Assembly: GCA_964016885.1 (NCBI GenBank) | Contig: OZ024745.1 | Span: 122,760,001-122,824,000, forward strand | Length of the DNA: 64,000 nt | Source of the DNA: Eledone cirrhosa | Taxonomy: Eukaryota | Direction of reading: 5' to 3' | Shown here: piece by piece, positions 23,824 through 38,810 of the stretch | Layout: each line of letters opens with the position of its first letter | How positions within the stretch are numbered: the first letter of the stretch is position 1 | Translations under genes and position numbers: made by a program | The notes under the pieces: generated by a model | Told to the model about the DNA's origin: nothing | What the model saw: the letters and a program-made list of their open reading frames with translations, nothing else | Database searches by the model: none

Positions 23824-25382
23824 ATATAATCATGAGGGGATTCCTGATAGGTATTGGTAAGTGACCACAGCACAGTTAAAAAAGATACTCAATGGGCATC
23901 TTTATCTTATATACAAATGACTTCTACAGGACTAATACAGTTTCATTTGTATGGAATCATCAGGAGAATAAGATAAAATTGGTCGGTATTGTTATTTGTA
24001 ATTTCTTTGGGATGAATGTTGGGAGGGATAACGTATGTATGTATATATATACTCTGATATAAAACCTGCAATTTTATTTGCATCCAATGTTGTAGATCAG
24101 TTCTTTTTGGGTAAATGCATTTGATGCATTTGATGTTCAGAGAGTGGGATTGGCCCCATGCAAAACCTTTCCTCACTTAAAAAATCTTCAAGCACAGGCA
24201 TCGCTTGGTATGTGACATTTTTTGTGATGCATGGTATTGCTGGTCATAGGCAAGTCCCTAGCAGGCCGAAAAAGCCAGGCCCAAAATCAAGTTGCAGCCA
24301 TCATATATGTATTTATGAATGTATGTAAATGACAAAAATAAGCAACCATTAAAAACACTTTTTTCACAGAAAGATATTATTTTAAAGCTAGCTCTTTACA
24401 CATAGGTAACCAATGAATACAATAAATAATTGCCTGATATGATTAGTTCTGAAATCAAAAGAAGCAACAGAAGAAATCTATAACAAAATGTTTTCAAACA
24501 ACAATGCTAATTTTATTCTATTATTATTCATATTTTCACAGTTGTTCTATTATTCTATTTTATTCTATTATTATTCATATTTGCACATATTTGCCTTTGA
24601 CTAAGTTTTCTTTAGAAAGAAGTTGTGCAACAAAATTCAACCTTTTGGTAAGAAAGAAAATAATGGGACAAAGAACAAGTACAACAATAGAAACAGTATG
24701 ATTTTAATTCTAAGATTTGTTTAAACTTGATAGCAATATCTTTGTCATTCTGTCTGTCGCAGTGATTGCAAAATATAACAAAAAAAAAAAAAAATTTTAA
24801 CATTATATCAAAACTTAAGATAGTAGGGGACTGGATAAACCTTTTGATATGTAGTTATGCCCATTTATTTATTTATTTCCTTATTTATTTATTTGTGTTC
24901 CAGCTGAGGAGCTGAGGCCATGCTGGGGCACCACATTCTGATTTTAAAATATACCAATTTCATACTGCCCTTTATTTTTTTTTTATGACAGATAAAATAT
25001 AACTAAATACCAGGCATTGACTGATCATTTTTTTTTTTTTTAATGCTTTGATGCTGGTCACCCCTGACATCTCTAGTGTCCTTGGTTTCCGGGCTGCTGA
25101 GGAAGCAGCTTTATAAGGTGAAATAGTTGACACATTGAATATAGTTTGCTGCTTTCCATGGCAATGCTTTTGCCACCTTATCAGTAGCGTGTAGCTGAGA
25201 TATACCATCCGGACAAAGGTGCAAAGTTTGCCGTCTCCCCATTTTACCTCACCTCGTTTAAAGATATTTTCTTTCTTTTCCTTTTTTCCTCTTTCCTTTT
25301 CTCACTTTTGTAAAATATTTTCTTAAGAAATAAAATATAATGTTTAGATGTTGTTGAATGCTGGATTCAATTTTATCAGTTA

Positions 25383-25550
25383 CCATATTTCTCAGCGCCA
25401 AAGATGCTTTGTCCTCGAAGACACACCCTATTTTTGACAACCAAAAATTTGAAAAAAAATAATAAACAAGCTTTGGCCTCCAGGACACATGGTAGATCTT
25501 TGAGACTTATTTTAGGAAAAAAGTAGCGTCTTCGACGCCAGGAAATACGC
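25383..25550. mobile_element. Tc1/mariner-superfamily MITE
   Basis: Homologous to 11500-11654. Confidence 0.75.
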
Positions 25551-25679
25551 TGTATTTTTCTCTCTATCTTCAGGATTGTGGTAGAATCCCAATCTCAAAA
25601 ATAAAATATCTATTATATTACAACTCTTGTAAAACATCTGTGGAAAAGGGAGGTAATAGTGCATGTATATGTGAGTATA

Positions 25680-25720
<41 letters not shown>

Positions 25721-26338
25721 TGGGCAGCAGCATCAATGATGGTGCCAGAGCATTTTTTTTAACATGCTGTATAAACAATATCATTTATCCATAAATTGTA
25801 AACAAGTAAAATATTCCATTTTGGTGGTTTCAGTCATTTGTTAAATTTATTCAAGTTTCTGTTGTTGTTGTTGTATATATATAATTAACTATTATATAAT
25901 TAACTATTATAATTAACTATTATATATATTATTTGTGTGCATGTACAAACTTATAAATAAAACATTTAAAACATCATATTGATCTTTATTTCTTGGTGGT
26001 TGTTACTAATTAAAGCATGGAGTTTCCATAGGGTTAGCTAGTCATGAACATTGAGAAGGGTATCTACAACTATGGACATTACTTGCAATCAAGTGTGACT
26101 TGAAGGTAGGTATCAAGCTCTTGCTAAAGGTTTTAAGTGCCTATGTAATCATGAACATGCACAGACACTCTCTTGATTCAGTAGAACATCCATGAGACAA
26201 TAGCTGGAAGGAGAGTGGGCTGCACAAGCATTGAGCTGGTACATTCTATATTGGCTTGAATAGAAAAAGGCAAGGTGGGGCTCGGCAGAAAATGCTCTAA
26301 CAAATCTGGTTATTTTATTGTAGTTTTAGTGTACAATA

Positions 26339-26528
26339 GTAATTGTTTCTACTTTAGGCACAAGGTCAGCAATTACCCCAGTGCATTGCTGGTACTTTAT
26401 TTTATCAACCCCCATCAGGATGAAAGGCAAAGTTAACCTTGGTGGGATTTGAATTCAGAACATAAAGGGACGTTACTCTATGCTGTAAAGCATGGCGTCC
26501 AACCTTTTATCAATACTGCAAATCCACA
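26339..26528 (-). mobile_element. SINE group B
   Basis: Homology to other copies. Confidence 0.85.
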
Positions 26529-27139
26529 AAAATAATGGTCACTCTTCTTACAGCACATTTTTTTTTTTAGTTTAACTTACATTTGGAATCATGCATCAGA
26601 AGACCAAGAAATTAAAACAGATTCTGAATGTAAGGAAGTATACTACTAAATATTGTCTATTTTCATTTCAAAGAGAAAAAATATTTGATTTCAAAGAAAA
26701 ATATGGGAGTACAAGAAAATAATCAATAATAAATGATAGGAATGAAAATAAAATATAGTGCATACTTTGGTTTCATGTAATGCCCATTTGGGTAACATTA
26801 TATAGTTGCTAGAAATGATGAAAGTAACATTGTATATATAAACTAAATATAAAGCAAGCAGCAGTTTCATACATTTTGGGATGATTTGGGTACAAAATAA
26901 ATAATATTTGTAAAATAACTAAATTACATTATGACATTCTTATATGTTTGTTGTTCAGAGTCTTATTCTAAATATTTAGAAAATAATAACAAAAAGAAAA
27001 AACACATCTTGCCAACCTGTGATAGAAAAATGGAACAAATTGACATGAGAAAACATTCATATATACTATATCTTACCAACATACACAGAACATTTATTTT
27101 ATTTATTTTATTTTTCATTTTTTTCTGCTGACTAAATAC

Positions 27140-29462
<2,323 letters not shown>

Positions 29463-29828
29463 AATTGTGTATCACTACTAAGGCACATGTTGTTCATGCT
29501 AGGTATTCAAATACATGCAGACATAAAGACACCAAAATGTCTTTCTGATAAATAAACTAAAAGATAAAAGCTCTAAAGAAGACTAACAAAAAAAAAAAAA
29601 ATAATAATAATAACTATAATTAGGCAAAGGAAATATTTGTCGCAAAATATAATTCGTTACACCATCTGTGAATGCAAAATGAAAGATTAAATTCTTAGCC
29701 TACTAACTTAATACTTAATACATGCCACCTACAACAAAATATATTGATATAGAATTTTTTTCCTTTTTTTGCTTAAGAGTTTCTTTCATGTCCTGGATAT
29801 GTTTTCTTTGCCTTTCATGAATATTTAA

Positions 29829-30036
29829 CCCTTTAGAATTTTAACCATCTGTATCTGGCCACAATTCTCTCACCTCTTTCTGTTAAAACTGGTCATAACT
29901 GGCCACTCATACTGATGTTAAAGTATTGTTTTCAAAATAAATAATATCAAAATCTCATAAATTTGATATTATGTGAAGTAAAGCCTTTACCGTGAAAATA
30001 CAATAGTAAATATAGAGTAATATAAATGCTAAAGTA
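29829..30036. mobile_element. MITE family 1
   Basis: TTAA flanks; body homology. Confidence 0.85.
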
Positions 30037-30246
30037 TTAAGCTTAGTTGAAAATATTTCAAAGAAATGTCTGGTATAATTTACCGTTTTATTTGTGTTTG
30101 TACTAAGACTAGTTTGAAAAAGATTATTAATTTTAATTCTGGTTCTCTCTAATCAACTAGGGTATAATGTTTTCTTAACATAAGAGCATGTATTTATTTT
30201 CATGAAATCTTTAAATGTGACTAACGTTAACTTCTTAATTTTACAG

Positions 30247-30288
30247 GCGTGGGAATATGCTCGATATACGATATTACATCAACTGCTG
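30247..30288 (+). CDS. Candidate 42-nt internal microexon of an unidentified host gene
   Basis: Branch-like GACTAAC (30219-30225), pyrimidine tract CTTCTTAATTTTACAG, donor CTG|GTGAGA; length 42 (frame-preserving), no stop in any frame, three CpGs in CpG-poor surroundings. Confidence 0.55.
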
Positions 30289-30461
30289 GTGAGAGCTATG
30301 TTAATATCTTTTTATAGTATTATAACTTTAAAAATTACTTTTGATATCAGTAGCTTATTTTAAAAGAAAGGAACAAAACTGCATCACCTTATATCTGTCA
30401 CCATTCATTTATTCTACATAAATAAGTATATCTATGTTCATACAAACATACACACACATAT

Positions 30462-30496
<35 letters not shown>

Positions 30497-30658
30497 GTAA
30501 TAATAATAAATTTGAAGACTAAAATCCATGTATATATATATATATATACATGTTAATTTATGTATATATTGATTGCAGAGAGTTTTTATGAAGCAGTATT
30601 TCAATTAATGTTACAGCATTTATTTTAGTTTTGATAAGTCTCCCTATATATAACTTAT

Positions 30659-30693
<35 letters not shown>

Positions 30694-31114
30694 TACACCA
30701 TTTATGTTTTCTGAAGTATGTTATTAAATTGTGTAATTATTTTACACATACATATGCAAAGACCTATTTATGCACACATGCATACACACATACTAATACA
30801 AGTTTATTTTCTATGTAAAAATTATATAAAAATATATTCATTCTTTTTTATACACACATATGCATGTTTCATCTCACACAGATAAAATATAATTTTATAT
30901 ACATTTAAATATTTCTAAGTATCAAATTTGCATATGTTTCCTTCTTTCTTCCTTGCTTTCTTTTCGTCTATTGAATTTACCTCCCCAACAGCTCACTAAA
31001 TCAAGAAATAAAATATATTGAACACTCCTTGTGTAGTTATATGCTTGTCTGATCTAACTTGAGACTTGATGATATTGATTCAAATCAAATTAGGTATTTA
31101 TTTTTACAGTTTAA

Positions 31115-31329
31115 TAATTATTTCTAATATAGGCACAAGGCCAGTAATTTTGGGGGAGTGGAAAGCCGATTAAATTGACCCCAGTACGTTACTGAGGCTT
31201 TATTTTATTGACCCTGTAATGATGAAAGGCAAAGTTAACCTCGGTGGGATTTGAACTCAGAAAGTAAAGGGCCGTAACTCTATGCTGCAAAGTATGGTGG
31301 CCAACTCTCTACCGATACAACCAATCTAC
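31115..31329 (-). mobile_element. SINE group B (long subtype)
   Basis: Homology; TAATAAT on both sides. Confidence 0.9.
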
Positions 31330-31330
31330 A

Positions 31331-32480
31331 TAATAATAATAGACTGTTTTCTCAGATAAGATGTTGTAAATCCAGCTATTGTGATAGCAGACCAAAACTG
31401 TCCATAATTTTTCAGATGATTTGCACAGTTCCCAAAAGACAAGCTTTCTGGAATAATGCTATAGGGCACTCTATTTCCATTTCCTTTATCCAATAATCAA
31501 ATTTATGGGTTACTCTTCCCAAAGCACCTATTACTACTGGTATGACATTAACCTATTTCAATTTCCACAACCATCCAATCTCATACTTTAACTCTTTAGC
31601 ATTTAAACTGGCCGTATCCGGCCAGAATTCTCTCACCTCTTTCTGTTCAAACCGGCTGTAACTGCCCACTCATACTAATGTTAAGGTATTGTTCTGAAAA
31701 TAATTAATATCAAAATCACAGATTCGATATTAGGGGAGATAATTGTGTAAGATAAGGACTTTACCGCAAAAATTCAATAGTAAATATAGAGTAATGTAAA
31801 CGGTAAAGGGTTAATAGATTGTAATTTTTCTCCTTATCTTATTATTTTTTCTTCACTCTTAAGTCAAATGGCCATGAAAGGTCTTATATATCCACATATC
31901 TGTATTTAGTCCTCCACAGTTATATCTGGCTTATTGTGCTCTAATACCTTGTTTGTTTGTCTTGTGAAGTCCCTTAATATTTTACAATCTTATGATTCAA
32001 TTACTTTCTCTGACTTATGGATGTCCCACTTATCTTCACAAATCAAATCCTCACTTCTGGCAGACTTTCTGATGTATCATCTTAGCTACTTCATCGTGTC
32101 TACTTTTCTTGTATTCATTTGGCACCAAATGGGAGCCCTTAGCTACAATGTGTGCCTGTCTCCTCAAATAGTCCATGTACCCTACACACTGGGGATATAT
32201 CTCCCTTGAATATGTGGTTCCTAAAGTAACTGGGTTTGATAGCTTGATCTGGAGCAACTACGAAAGTTCTTTCAATTTCTTTCTTTAGACTTCCTTTTCT
32301 AAGTCAATCCCAAGTATGTTTGCTTCTCAAATCTTTGGTTCCTTGTTCTAATTTTCCATGTAATGCTTTCTGGTCACTTAAAACTTTATGCATGTTTTAC
32401 ACCTCTTCCTTACATTTTTGATACCAGTTCGTTTTTTTATAGCATTTCTTGCTTCATTTTGTGATTTGAAGTAGTTGCTT
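31331..32480 (-). mobile_element. R4/Dong-like non-LTR retrotransposon 3' fragment (restriction-like endonuclease region)
   Basis: Minus-strand motifs EYKKSRHDEVAKMIH, NKVLEHNKPDI, IPVVIGALG, QKACLLGT; interrupted by a MITE at TTAA. Confidence 0.75.
31592..31810. mobile_element. MITE family 1 nested in the R4/Dong-like LINE
   Basis: TTAA at 31588-31591 and 31811-31814. Confidence 0.9.
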
Positions 32481-32701
32481 AAGATAAGATACCCTCTCAG
32501 TTTTAGTACTATGGGGCTCAAATATCTGATGGTGACTGATACTATACTGATGTTGTTAGGTGGTATTGACCATGTTCATGTACTTTTGATCTTCATAACA
32601 GTATACTTTATTTTTTCAATTTCACTCTATTGTTGTCTCCTGGGAGGGTAACATCAATACACATACACACACACACACATGACCTGCAACTCCTCCATTT
32701 A

Positions 32702-32762
<61 letters not shown>

Positions 32763-32968
32763 TTATATATTGTTTTTGCTCAAAGCTATCTATAACTACT
32801 TTCGAAATTACCTGCCTTTGTTTGAACTCTTGAATAATCTTCAGGAAGAAACCAAATTCAACTATTAGAGGCCATCTTTATTAGTTCTTTATAACACCTT
32901 GAATTAGTTGGGGTGCAGAACCCAATGAAACTTAAGTACCTGTATGTGTCACTGTTGTAACTATATAT

Positions 32969-33368
32969 ATGGCTTAGTGGTTAGAGCATTGGCCTTGCAA
33001 TCGAAAGATTGTAAGTTCAATTCTCAGACCGGGTGATGTGTTGTTTCCTTGAGCAAGACACTTTATTTCACATTGCTCCAGTTTACTCAGCTGTAGAAAT
33101 GAGATGATAGGGACTGGGGTCCCTATCATTCCACTGCAAAGTGGTCGTGGAGGTGCCACGGCAAAAAAGCACACGGCAAAAAAGCACTCACTGTAAATGA
33201 GGTTGGTGTTAGGAAGGGCATCCAGCTGTAGAAATCAAGCCAAATCAGTTCCTGTATGAGCAAGGCATGGTCAGCCGACCAGACACTGCCCACAACAGGA
33301 CGGCCCGTCTAACCCATGCTAGCATGGAAGAACGGACATAAAACGGTGATGATGATGATGATGATGAT
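32969..33368 (+). mobile_element. SINE group A tail 3 (long tail)
   Basis: Same head and body as 22917; tail AACCCATGCTAGCATGGAAGAACGGAC..(GAT)n. Confidence 0.9.
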
Positions 33369-33369
33369 C

Positions 33370-33418
<49 letters not shown>

Positions 33419-33892
33419 GTATGTATCTATATATATCTCTCTCTCTATATATACATTTGTCTTCTCCTTTGATAGAGGGATGAGACAAGAAGATGAGAAG
33501 AAGATATACATATACAAGTACACCTAAGGTAGCGGCAATAAGAAGGGCATACAGCTGTAGAAACCATACTTATCTAGCACTGTTGATCTACACAATAAAT
33601 GCATCTAATACACTCTATAAAGTAATTGTTGATTGGGACATAGAAAATGTGCCAAACAAAGAGTAGGAGAGACTTTTGTCAAAGATATGACAACCTTCCA
33701 AGTAGAGTATACAAATCAGATGTTGGCCTTCAGCCAATTCGCAAAGTCAATGGCTCTGCTTGAGCACTGGCTTCGTCTTTGATAACATCCAATTCTTGCT
33801 AGCAAGAAAAATGGACTAGAGTGATGATACATACACACACATATATATATATTTACATATGTATATATATATATATATATATATAAATATAT

Positions 33893-33942
<50 letters not shown>

Positions 33943-33946
<4 letters not shown>

Positions 33947-34198
33947 AATGTAATTTCAGTTTTTCGAATATTTATAATAACATTCGATTCATTTGCAATT
34001 TTGCAAACAACCCTCAATTTTATAGCCATGTCAGTAGAATGAACCCTTCATTCTTGTTCTTGTGTTGGCATGTGAACACAAGAGCAAGAATGAAGGGTTC
34101 ATTCTACTAACATGGCTATAAAATTGAGGCTTGTTTGCAAAATTGCAAACAAATCAAATGTTATTATTAATATTCGAAACACTCAGATTACATTTATT
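33943..34198. repeat. Long imperfect palindrome, 124-bp arms, 8-nt loop
   Basis: Arms 33943-34066 and 34075-34198 are reverse complements; centre TGTGTT-GGCATGTG-AACACA. Confidence 0.9.
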
Positions 34199-34232
34199 GT
34201 ATTCAGCCATGTAGAGCGAAATTAATTTTCTT

Positions 34233-34327
<95 letters not shown>

Positions 34328-34328
<1 letters not shown>

Positions 34329-34520
34329 CTAAGTCTAAAGTTTGTCTTAAGCCAGAGGGCTCATTTGGCCGGTGCTTATCCCAGTTTCATGGCGTGAAGT
34401 GATTGAGAGTACAAGACTCCCTCCCTGGACAGGATGCCAGTCCATCTCAGGGTTAAATCTCCAGCTATTGCTGGTACTCATTTTCAGCTGAGTATACTGG
34501 ACGAAATGAACACGTGCCTC
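34328..34520 (-). mobile_element. SINE group A tail 2, internally deleted
   Basis: Tail and body match 16138-16419; most of the tRNA head is missing. Confidence 0.85.
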
Positions 34521-34543
34521 CACACACACATATATATGGATAA

Positions 34544-34611
<68 letters not shown>

Positions 34612-34826
34612 AGAGAGAGAGATAGAGAAAGAGAGAAAGAGAGAGAGAATGCATCAGTTGGCAATTTTCTAATACCACCAAAATGTATTTGAATAATAAC
34701 ATTTTGTTCAATAGTACTTAGAAGTTTTGATGGGTATATCTCATTGGGGATTAGAAAGAGAGTAGGTATTTTTATTATGTTTTATAGAAAGTTTTCACTG
34801 TTAGTAATATACATCTAGACATATCT

Positions 34827-34896
<70 letters not shown>

Positions 34897-35674
34897 GCAG
34901 ACACACATATGCTTATATATAGGCAGTTATTGTTAGATAACTTCTATTTTGAATCTTGTTTCCTTTTCAAATTTATATTATATTTTCCCTGAACAGATAT
35001 AACATATTTGCTATATGCATCATGATATAACCAACAGTTAAGAACAAACTGCCTTTGAAATAAATACATTTTACTGATTAGAAGATAATACATGGTTTTT
35101 ATTGAAAAACAATTTCACATTCTGAATCCCATTGAAAGAATGTACCCTATAGTGTCTTTTCTTAATCCAATGCCTTTATCTAAGAATTTCCTCTTCACTG
35201 GTTATCTATAACTTTCTTTTGTGATAGAGAAAATCCTTTGAAGAAGAGGTACTTCAAGGTTGTTGCTATCATAAATATTTCCTAAAACCCCACTAAGTTA
35301 CTTATATACATGAGTCAAATACTGTTGTTTGAGTGTTTATATTAAATTTATATTATTTATAAATCTTTATTAGATTTCCTATGGTTCCAACAATGTTTCG
35401 TCTCAGTAATACTGCTGTTTTCATAAATCCATGATAAAAACGTTGTTCTGTAATTCACCTTTTGAAAATGATAAATAGCTACTCTCTAGATTGATTAAAT
35501 AACATATTAGGCTGATAAAATTATTTCGTCTTTTACATTATCAATTTCATTGAAGTATAATCTGACTTAAACTAATATTGACATGCTGAAATATTCTTAT
35601 ATATAAATACAAATATACGAGTATATATATATATATATATAAATGAAAGGTATAGAAAACATTGTAGCAAAAAG

Positions 35675-35712
<38 letters not shown>

Positions 35713-36111
35713 ATTTTTATATATATATATACTATAAATTTATATATATACACTATATACTTTTTTTTTTACAAAACCCTCAAATTTATGTTTGAGCACG
35801 TGTGTGACCTTTAATGCTATAATGATACCAATACACACACACACACACACACTCCACTTTGCATTTCTACTCATTACCAAGACTACCGAGTGGCTTTCTT
35901 GTTTTCTCTCTTCATTTTCGTTTTTTTTTGCGTCTTTACTGGACATTCTTTCTGTTTCTCTATTGTAATTCTGTCTCTATTTGAACTCCTGAAGAAGGGC
36001 CTAAGTCCAACAGGTTGAACTTTCTTTCCTCTTTCCAATATAAAACATGAAACTAATGAGACTTTTTGTACCTCTGTTTGTTGTCTCCTTAAACTATATA
36101 TATATATATAT

Positions 36112-36442
36112 GAACAGATTCACGACCCTGATGGCTGAACTCCGGCCGTTCGGATCTAGCTGGCGAAATGACCAGAGCTCAGACGACAAGGTCCAGAATC
36201 TTTTCATATTACCCACTCTACTACCCCAAGTATCGAGTACTCTGGTGGGTTATGGTCCACCTGGTATTTTACCACACCCTCTCTGATATCTCCCTTCAAT
36301 CTATCTTATTTCTCATTCTTTCTTCTGATGAAGGACTAGCATCCAAAACATTAAAACCCTCTTCCTGCTATTTCAAGCATTAACCTAATATATTCCTTCC
36401 ATATACTGTACAGATTTTGTTGTTATTTCTGTTTACCTTTTA
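36112..36442 (+). mobile_element. Penelope-like element 3'/pLTR fragment with decayed hammerhead (36321-36356)
   Basis: Between (TA)n runs; TCTT-CTGATGA-A-GGA-CTAGCA-TCC-AAAACATT-AAAA; 36304-36442 is homologous to the reverse complement of 46099-46236. Confidence 0.55.
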
Positions 36443-36478
<36 letters not shown>

Positions 36479-36597
36479 GTTAGGAAGGGCATCCAGCCAT
36501 AGAAAATCAGCCAGAAACTCTCCTATATGAGTGAGACACGTTCACCCAACCCAACTTGCCTCTAATAAGGACAAACCCGTCTAACACAATATATATA

Positions 36598-37045
36598 GTG
36601 AAGGTGCATGGCTTAGTGGTTAGAGCATTGGGCTTGCAATTGAAAGGTTGTGAGTTCAATACTCAGACTGGGTGATGTGTTGTTTCCTTGAGCAAGATAC
36701 TTTATTCCACATTGCTCTAGTTTACTCAGCTGTAGAAATGAGGTGATTGGACTAGGGTCCCTATCATTCCACTGCAAAATGGACGTGGAGGTGCCATGGC
36801 AAAAAAGCACTCAGCTCACACTGTAAAGTGGACGTGTAGGCGCCACAGAAAAAAAGCACCCAGCACTCACTGTAAATGAGGTTGATGTTAGGAAGGGCAT
36901 CCAGCTGTAGAAAGCAAGCCAGAATCAGTTCCCGTATGAGCAAGACAAGGATAGCCGACCAGACACCGCCCACAACACGACAACCCATCTAACCCATGCT
37001 AGCGTGGAAGAACGGACGTAAAACGGTGATAATGATGATGATGAT
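36598..37045 (+). mobile_element. SINE group A tail 3 (long tail)
   Basis: Homologous to 32969-33368. Confidence 0.9.
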
Positions 37046-37523
37046 AGCATTCAAGGTCAAGCACATGCTCAAACATACATTTGAGGTTTTGTAAAAAAAA
37101 TTATGAGTGTCATTACTCAAGCAGTGCCAGTGACCTCTAAGTTGTGCCAGGTTACTTGCATTTTACTAACATATATTCCCACACTCTACCAAGTGCTCAG
37201 GGAAGCTGGAGACCTACATCTAGTTTATATACTCTTTATATACTATACTGAGTACACTTTATCATAGCACCAGCACTAGGGAGGTTGTCATGTCTTTATT
37301 ATGGTAGGAATGTGTGTGGTTAGATACTAAGTATGTCTATATATAAGGTGTAAATGTGAAGGTTGCTTGGTTCACAAATGCACATATAGACACCTGAACC
37401 TCCACACACACACACATATATATATATATGAACAAACATATATATATATATATATATATATTTCTACACACACACATATATATAATATATACATACACAC
37501 ATATACATACATACACACACATA

Positions 37524-38810
37524 TGAGGTGTGTCAGAAAAGTTCCAGGACTGATGTCACAAAAGATTTATTTCAAACCCAAACTTCACACTAAGAGTTTT
37601 CTCCTTCAAAGTAATCCCCCTGGAGTATGTAACTGTAATCTTAGCTCTCTGCAGCGATCAAACTTTTTTCTTCATAATTTTATATACATGTCCTCTGTTT
37701 CAGGTCGTCAAGCAATGAGCACAGAGCAACGAACAAAATTGAAAACTCCGTCAGAAGCACTGGGATTGCTGCAGCAAGTGTATGGAGATGAGACGATGTC
37801 ACACTCACGTGTTTTTGAGTGGTGCAAGAGGTTTAAAGAAGGACGTGAGGACGTGGAAGATGACCTCAGGAGCGGAAGGCCCTCAACAACCAGGACTGAG
37901 GTCAACGTTGAGTGCGTCAGGCAGATGGTGCGTAGCGATCGTCGGCTGACTGTTCAACTAATAGCAAATGAGCTGGGCATGAATCGGTACAGCGTCTGGA
38001 AGATTCTCACTGAAGATTTGGACATGTGGAAAGTCTGCGCGATGATGGTGCCAAAACTGCTGAACAATGACCAGAAGGGTCGATGCATGCAAGTGTGCCA
38101 GGACATCCTCGAGCGTCTTGAAACTGAACCAGACTTGCTAGGGACAGTCATAACCGGTGAGGAGTCATGGATCTTCGAGTACGACCCAGAAACCAAATGC
38201 CAGAGCCTTCAGTGGAAGAGTCCGTCGTCGCCAAGGCCGAAGAAAGCACGACAGTCGAAGGCCAAAGTCACGGTCATGTTGATCACATTCGATGTGAGGG
38301 GATCGTCCACTGCGAGTTCTTGCCACAGGGCCAGACGATCAACCAACATGTCTACAAAGAGATACTGCAGCGTTTGCTTCGTTCAGTGCGAGAGAAGAGG
38401 CAAGAGTTGTGGCAGGACAACTCGTAGCTGCTTCACCATGACAACATGCCTGCTCACAATGCCCTGAGCATCCAACAGTTCCTGGCCGAGAAGAACATCG
38501 CCATGCTGGAGCAACCTCTCTACTCCCCCAACCTGGCTCCATGTGATTTTTTCCTATTCCCCAAGCTCAAGGGGGTCATCAAGAGGACCCGTTTTGAAGA
38601 CGTGGATGACATCAAAAAGGCCGTGACGACGGAACTGCGGAGGATCCCGGAAGAATCCTTCCAGGAGTGCATGCAAGCATGGCAGAAAAGGATGGAAAAG
38701 TGCATTAGACTCCAGGGGATTACTTTGAAGGAGAAAACTCTTAGTGTGAACTTTGGGTTTGAAATAAATCTTTTGTGACATCAGTCCTGGAACTTTTCTG
38801 ACACACCTCA
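37524..38810 (+). mobile_element. Full-length mariner (DD34D) DNA transposon, 1287 bp
   Basis: TA TSD at 37522-37523 and 38811-38812; TIRs 37524-37626 / 38709-38810 starting TGAGGTGTGTCAGAAAAGTTCC. Confidence 0.97.
37715..38744 (+). pseudogene. Mariner transposase pseudogene
   Basis: HTH region VFEWCKRFKEGREDVEDD..SGRP; MVPKLL; TGEESW (first catalytic D to E); HHDN..AH and YSPNLAPCD with 34-residue D-D spacing; frameshift ~38300, TAG at 38425-38427, 1-bp deletion ~38716. Confidence 0.95.

Noticed and set aside
32770-32850. Hammerhead on minus strand (CTGAAGA...GAAA)
   Set aside because: Stems I and II cannot be paired convincingly; the same applies to a similar motif near 35393-35430.
37367-38467. 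Intact 366-aa transposase or SETMAR-like fusion
   Set aside because: The N-terminal part is microsatellite and TIR read-through; the transposase has D to E at the first catalytic residue, frameshifts and a stop.
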